Shown piece after piece: positions 56,789 to 64,000 of a stretch of DNA of 64,000 bases; position 1 is the first letter of the stretch; each line of letters opens with the position of its first letter. A program made the translations under genes and the position numbers. Source of the stretch: Chrysomallon squamiferum (taxonomy: Eukaryota; Animalia; Mollusca); contig CM022670.1 of assembly GCA_012295275.1 (NCBI GenBank), positions 13,020,001-13,084,000 on the forward strand. The letters are read 5' to 3'. The notes below the pieces were generated by a model. That model had not been told where the DNA came from and made no database searches. It saw only the letters and a program-made list of their open reading frames with translations.

Positions 56789-59338
56789 GAAAATCAGTTA
56801 GATTTACATACATACTGACAAACACACATATATAAATACTGAAATTCCAATTATCAAAACTCTAGTTATTAATAATTAACTGATTGATTTTCATTAAACA
56901 TTATTCTACATGTTCACTGATCAGATAGGAAATTAAATACGAAACTAACAACCGTATGATAACAGGAACCGAAGACGTAACTGATTCCGGCGGCATTCAG
57001 CCCCGATTTCGAACTATTTCATTCGCTTCAACATTCTGCGACATGTCCTAATCTTTTGTCCGTGGATATAGACCCGCGTGTCGTTTTAACTCGCGGCGGT
57101 TAATTCTGAAGAATTTTCTACTTCTGAATGGATCTAGCAGAGATCATAGAAGACGCGATAACGGCGTTAATCAGAAACGTTTCGTACGACAACCGCGATG
57201 AATTCACGTTCTTGGGCAATCAACTGATTCTGTTCTGCCGGTCTCCGGCCGTCACGAGGTTCCAAACCAATTGTGTTTGCGGCTGGCAGCGGGAAATAAT
57301 CAGGAGCAAAATATGCCAGCTAATTTGTGTGATGTCCTCTCGCGGAGAACACCGATAATGAATATGGTGATTTTGTTGCGCGGAGAAGTCGATTCCCCCG
57401 TGGCGAGGAATGGTTGAAAATATGTGCAAAAATGAATCAAGTGTCCGCTCGTCTTGTTGAGACAGTTTTAAGATGAGGCAGGCATTGAATACCGATTGAT
57501 TTCACACCGAGTAATCTACCTAATAATTTGAACAGCAGAGCTTGAGTAATTGCCAGTCTGAAAATAAAGGCACTTATTTGGGAAATAATTTAATTTGTCC
57601 ACAAATACCGGCCTTTGTTACCTCGACAAGTGAAAATATTTTCCACCGTTGTATTCTTATCATTCCAATTTCAACAATAATTGTTGTTCCGATAGCGGCA
57701 AATGCCCCAGCGGCTTGCTGCAAAATAAAATTACTCCGTTTGATAACTCGATACGCGATAAAATGTTGTTGGACCGTACAAAAGCAATTGTGACTGAAGA
57801 CGCGGGGGAAAGGATCCCTTCGGATTGTCAAAGTTAAAGTACCCTTTCGCCGAGTCCTTTCTCCAGCACACAAACAGCGCGAAGAAGTCGGAAATTAAAT
57901 TTAGTCTTCAATGTTTCCCAATATTGTCCTTCCCTAAATACTTTATATACCGCTGGCTATCGGCCGTATCAAATAAATAACAACTAGATGCAAGTCTAAC
58001 TTCATAAACGCCAATTATTGAAAATTTGCCGAAAGGAAAAAAAAAAAAAAAAATTCTTCTCATCAAGTTCGCCAGAGCGGCTTCATTGCGCCGTTTAATC
58101 GAGCGTTTTTTTTACCTTCGGGCTCATTTTTTTTTTTTTTTTTTTTTTTTTTACGAGGATTAGGTGGATGACGGGGAGGGGTCCAGTGAAGATTTTTTTT
58201 TTTTTTTTTTTTTTTTTTAACTTTTTCTCCTGTCTCTTTATGTGGAAGAGATGAAGATTTGCGAGAGGGGCTCTCTTCATTACGGTGTTTTGTTCGTCTT
58301 CTGTAACATATGCTGTTGTCGGGGTGGGATGGAAGTGGGGAAATGAAGCGATAACCCATCCAGCTGCTCCGATATGCCTAATTCTCCGCGTCCTTCAGAA
58401 ATAATTGAGTACTTTCCTCTCCCTCTTTGAAATCTCCTCGTTCCCTTGTTTGGAACATGACACGCACACACAGACACACACACACACACACACACCGGCT
58501 CCATTTACAAATCGTTAAATTTTTTTAGTACCTGGTAACTAATACACTACATTTGTTAAATATTTAAAAAGCATCTGCTCGATTGAAGAGGGACAGGAGG
58601 GCGGGAGTGTCACGTGACTTAGTGAAACGTACCTTGATGTCGATTTCCTAATATATGACATTTGTTTGGTTTATGCACCGTAATGTGTGAATTTCATGCT
58701 AGCCTGTTCGTTCGAAAACAAATATATTTGTCTGTTAAGTATGATTTACATACATATTTTTTTTTTTTTTTTTTTAAAGTCCTAATGAAAATATTAAAAT
58801 AGCTTTATTTCTCTTTCTTTACCTCGTTAAGTTTCAAGCCTAAACACACCCCTAAGTAGACAGTTCCAATTTGGATCCAAAGAAAATTATTTAAGTAACA
58901 CTATTTTAACTCCAAGTTAAAATGAAGCGGCGAAATCTTGATTAAATTTGTTAGCAAATTTAATAAATCTTCTAGAGAAAAAAATGTCTTTCTATTATTT
59001 TGAGTTAGATGCATCAGTGGATCTAATTGACCAAGAATATAATTATTTTCTTCGTTTTGTAAATGAATGTTTTGTCACTTTTTTGTATTCCACAGAGAAA
59101 TTGTAAATGAGGGTTTTGTACTTGGCAATTTTACAGGTCAGTTGTTATCGTTAATTTTTGTTAGTTAAATACGGAAGTTCATTATTTTTTATTTCAGTCA
59201 CTTTTATTTGATTTTTGTCTTCGATTAACTAAAATGCACTTGTGATTGTAGTAATTTGTATACTTTAAATGTTTTTTAATTATTATTTTTTTTTTTTTTT
59301 TTTTTTTTTTTTCTTCTTTCTTCTTCTTCTAATTATTA

Positions 59339-59380
<42 letters not shown>

Positions 59381-59634
59381 TATTATTATTTATTTATTCA
59401 TTTATTTATTTATTTATTGACTGACTGATTTTATTTGTTTATTTTTTTTCTTCTGTTAAGTGTATATTTGAAAACTTGCAAATGATTGTTTTGTTTTGTT
59501 TTGTTTTGTTTCGTTTATTTATTTATTTATTTATTTATTTATTTTATTGTTATTATTGTTATTATTTTCTTCGGGTCTTCTTATTTTTTAATCACAGTAA
59601 TTTTTGTTTCTTCGAGGAAGGTCTTTCTTTCATC

Positions 59635-59684
<50 letters not shown>

Positions 59685-60681
59685 TGTTATTTTATGCAAT
59701 CAAACTCTTCTGTAAATAAAAGTAAAGCGCAGAACTTTAAATACAGATGGACTGATCGTTAAAGAAACTTTGCTTCAACTTACAGACTTTCTCGTTTATC
59801 TCAGAATATTCTTAGCGCATAGTCATGATTATCTTAAAAATGTTATTAAATAATTATTTTTTTAATTTTTTAGTGTATGTATGTATGTATGGTTGTGTAT
59901 ATATTTACATGTATGTAAGTATGTATGTATGTGCGTGTGTGTGTGTGTGTGCGCGCATTTACGGGTGTGAATGCCTGTGCTTGTATCTTGTTTATGTATA
60001 TCTGAAAAGACTCGCTATAATAATTTACGATTACTTATGAACGAGAACACAAAGACTTTACAAACACATAAAACAAAAACCAAAAAAAAAAAAAATAAAT
60101 AAATAATAATAATTTTATAAACTGCCAACATTTTCAAGTGAGCGTGTTAGAGAACCGGCAAAGTTCTAATTCTACGTGTTCCGCTAAATTAACGACTCAG
60201 CGAAAACACAGAAACAGCACCGCCATGTTGTGCCCGGCTTCGGCAGTTTTGCCAAATTCACCGGAGCTTACCATGTTTTGCTAATGGGAACCGTATAATG
60301 GTTTTGGGATTTGGTGATCAACAAACATATGCTCTTCTTCTTTTAAAGATGATGTTTATTTTGTGTGGGGGGCACAGGTTGGGTATACAGAAGTTAGGTA
60401 ACGGACAACAGTTCGACTAACTTTGTGTTTTCCTCTCTCTGATTATTATTATCATTGTTAGATAAGGGAACGAAAAACGGATCAAAGGTTGAAGGGGAAT
60501 AATCTGCGAGATTTAGAAGAATTCCTGGCTTGTCCGTGAGTCCGTATGTACGTTAACGGAATGTTTAGTATGTTAAGTGCAGGATTATCACAGTTTCTTT
60601 GAAACTCAAAGTGAAATTCGAATGTAACCTTCTTTACAAATCAAAATTATTGTTTTGTTTAGTCCTGCAGTACATATGTAA

Positions 60682-60712
<31 letters not shown>

Positions 60713-60951
60713 AACACAAACATAAACAAATATATATAAATAGCGACGCAAACTTTCAACTAAAAACTGTAAATGAAAGAATATAAAAATGAAAATCACT
60801 TTATTTATATGTATTTTTTTAAATGCATTTTTAGATATATGTTTCTCGTTAGATATATGTTTTCTGAAATTCGCCGCAGATAATTTAAATTCTTTATCTG
60901 CGTTGTACACAGTGATATAAAAAAAAAAAACTTTCAGTGTATTAAATCAAT

Positions 60952-61054
<103 letters not shown>

Positions 61055-62905
61055 ATACACACTTTTTTAATTCTATTTTTCTAATTACTAATTCTATCTT
61101 TGATGGACTTTACAAGAGAAACGAAAGCGGCAAACTAGACTCAATACATTCATATGTGTGCTACAATTAATGACAAGACAAAATAATTAAAACTGTTTTT
61201 TTTTTTAAATAATTAAAATAATAATAATAATAGTGATGGCGATAATGATAATGATGATGACGATGATGATGATGAAAAAATGCTATGATTAAAATGTAAA
61301 ATATAAAAGTCTAGAAATAAATAAAATCTTTCATTTAAAAAAAAAAAAAAAAAAAAATAAAAATAATAATAATAATAATAAAATTAATTCAACAAATAAA
61401 ATGTATTCCTAAATGAAAATTACAATCAAGATGTTTAAAAAAAAAAAAAAAAAAAAAAAAAAGGGTTTGTTTACGATCGAAATTCCTTGCCATTCCCTAC
61501 CAGCAATGGATCAAATTAACGAGGGGCGTGGTCAACTTGAAATCTACATAAACGCCAACGACCAGAAATTAACATAACACACGGTCTGCGGTCGCAGCGC
61601 CATGTTAATTTCATCATCAATTTCACATCTGTCTCTCGAGTGAAATCTATCACAGAAAATGTTCGTTTATTCGCACTCGTTCACCCGAGCGACTTTTCTT
61701 TTTTCCACGTATACATCTGCAAATTTCGGCTATTTTCATTTGCTTCATTTTTTTTTTTTTTTTTTTTTTTTTTTTAGGGTAAGTATTTATATAAGCAGAA
61801 CACTTTTCTCTGTTTGTCGTGTGAACTCGGCTGCTCTTGAAAACAACTTGTCCATTGTCGCAGAAATTTTTGCACCTATGCGCATAATAATAGAGAGAGG
61901 TTCAGTCGGTAGACTGACTGCATTGTACCCAGGGAACGCCCTCTTAGTTTGGTTGGAGACCAATACAAGTTTGTTGAAAAATCTTTACATATTCATGTTG
62001 AATGTGTTTAAATTGATGACTGTCGTTTATGTAAGACTCCGATGTCTTTAAGATTTCGGGTTTTCCTTAATAAAAAGAAGAAGAAGAAGAAAAAAAAAAA
62101 AAATGAATGAAAAAAATGAATGAAAAAAAAAAGGAAAAAGGATAAAGCCTTTTAAACGACTGAAGTGACAGATTCAGAATTAAGTTTTTGAGTGGATATT
62201 ATTAATTTATGGAATTTTTTTATATTATTCTTTTGAATTTAACATTCATAGTAAGTGCTTTTTAAAAGTAAATTCTTTTCTTCTTCTTTTTTTTTTTTTC
62301 TCTGAATCATAAATCAGATTTAAAAAGTTCATAAATTAACAATTTGCTCTAGATTATGTGTATTTCGTAATTAAATTAGATGAGCTTATATAATCTTTCA
62401 GTATTTATAATAACAATTATTATAAGAATAAGAAAGAAAGAAAGAAAACAAATGTAATTAAACAAGATATTTATAAATAATGCAAATAATGATTGTTATT
62501 ATCGATATTAAAAGTAACGTACAACGTAATACATATGCACCACTAACGAAATAAACATTGTAGAATTAATTATTCACCATCTGATTACGTCATAAGCTAT
62601 ATGTGACGTCTACGAGTGTCATAACAACAGGCATAATGATATTACAACTTTCCTGAAATCATATTAACCACCTGACTATGTTTATGTTATCAGCCAGGAT
62701 TAGTGAAATGTAAAAACAGTGGATTAATCGGGATTAGGATGAAATAACATGAAACATATTTCGCAATATTTTTATGTCACTTTCAGTGTCAGAGTTGATA
62801 CTGGATTTTCTTACAAAAGAATTTTTGTTAGGACATTTGAAGAAGTCCATATGTTATGATATGTCATATCTGGCATTTTTAATAACCCAGATCGTACATT
62901 ATGTA

Positions 62906-63034
<129 letters not shown>

Positions 63035-63791
63035 TACACATAAACATACATATATATATATACATATACTTGTTTATATTTCTCTCTTTCCCTCTAACTC
63101 CACTCACTGAGAAAGAGGTGTGTATTATTATGAATACAATTTTTTTTTAAATTCTCCAATTATTTTGATATTAATCAATTTATGGAGACGATGAAAACGT
63201 AGTAGAAATAGTAATGATAATATTATTAATAATAACAATAACAACAACAACAACAATAATAATAATATTAATTAATTAATTAATAAAAATTCACATTACT
63301 TAAAAAGAGAAAAATTACTTATCAATAGAAAAAGAAAAGAAAAGAAAAATGTGAAAAAAGAAAACCTCAAGCAAAAACAGTATATCTTTTCTACTGCAAC
63401 CTTTGACCTTTTCAGCATGCGCACTTTGACACTTTTTTTCTTCAAATGTCGTCATAACATGTAGTCTTTATCTTTAAAGGTTTATATCGAACTTTGCTGG
63501 TTTTGCACCTCGTCCCTTTGAAGTTTTTCGGTGACGAAAATTAGCAAACAAAACTTTAAAGGAAAATATCATCTTTGTATGTGTTTGTTAATCGTTGAAA
63601 GTTCCTGGTGCTTTGAGGGAAGAATGTCAGAGTACAACTTTTTTAAAACTCTGACATTTTGACCGAGTCCCTCTGAGCCAGAATAAAAAAAAAAAAAAAA
63701 AAAAAACAAACGTTGACATTCATCATATGGAACTTACAGTTTTTTTCTTTAGTTGTACAGGTCTGTTTGCTGATGACATTTTATTTATTTA

Positions 63792-63830
<39 letters not shown>

Positions 63831-64000
63831 TTTATTTTTTTTTTATCTTTTTCGTTTAGGGTATTTTTAAAATTTTTTTTTTTTTTTTTTTTTTTACTTT
63901 GAAATATTATTAGTATTATTACACCTTATTATTTATATTTCCTGTTTTGATAACAATTATTAGCAATGTCATTAATTACTGCTACTACTGCTGCTGCTGC

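Overview
Eukaryotic (animal, probably lophotrochozoan or mollusc; inferred, not proven) AT-rich, microsatellite-dense gene desert centred on one intronless forkhead gene, FoxD (28762-30176, +). The FoxD frame is broken by a single missing G inside the forkhead domain, most likely a consensus error. The only other intact gene is a tRNA-His(GTG) at 10361-10432. The rest is simple repeats, small tandem or inverted duplications and old transposon fossils: two L2-type LINE pieces, a probable Gypsy integrase piece, and a fragmented hAT transposase split by a MITE-like insert. Many CpG-rich, repeat-free islands look like the cis-regulatory landscape of FoxD. Nearly all other ORFs in the track are translations of simple repeats. 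I see no CRISPR array, no prokaryotic system and nothing I can honestly call a new biological system. The best leads are the frameshift, the regulatory islands and motif clusters, a foldback element, and two candidate RNA structures.
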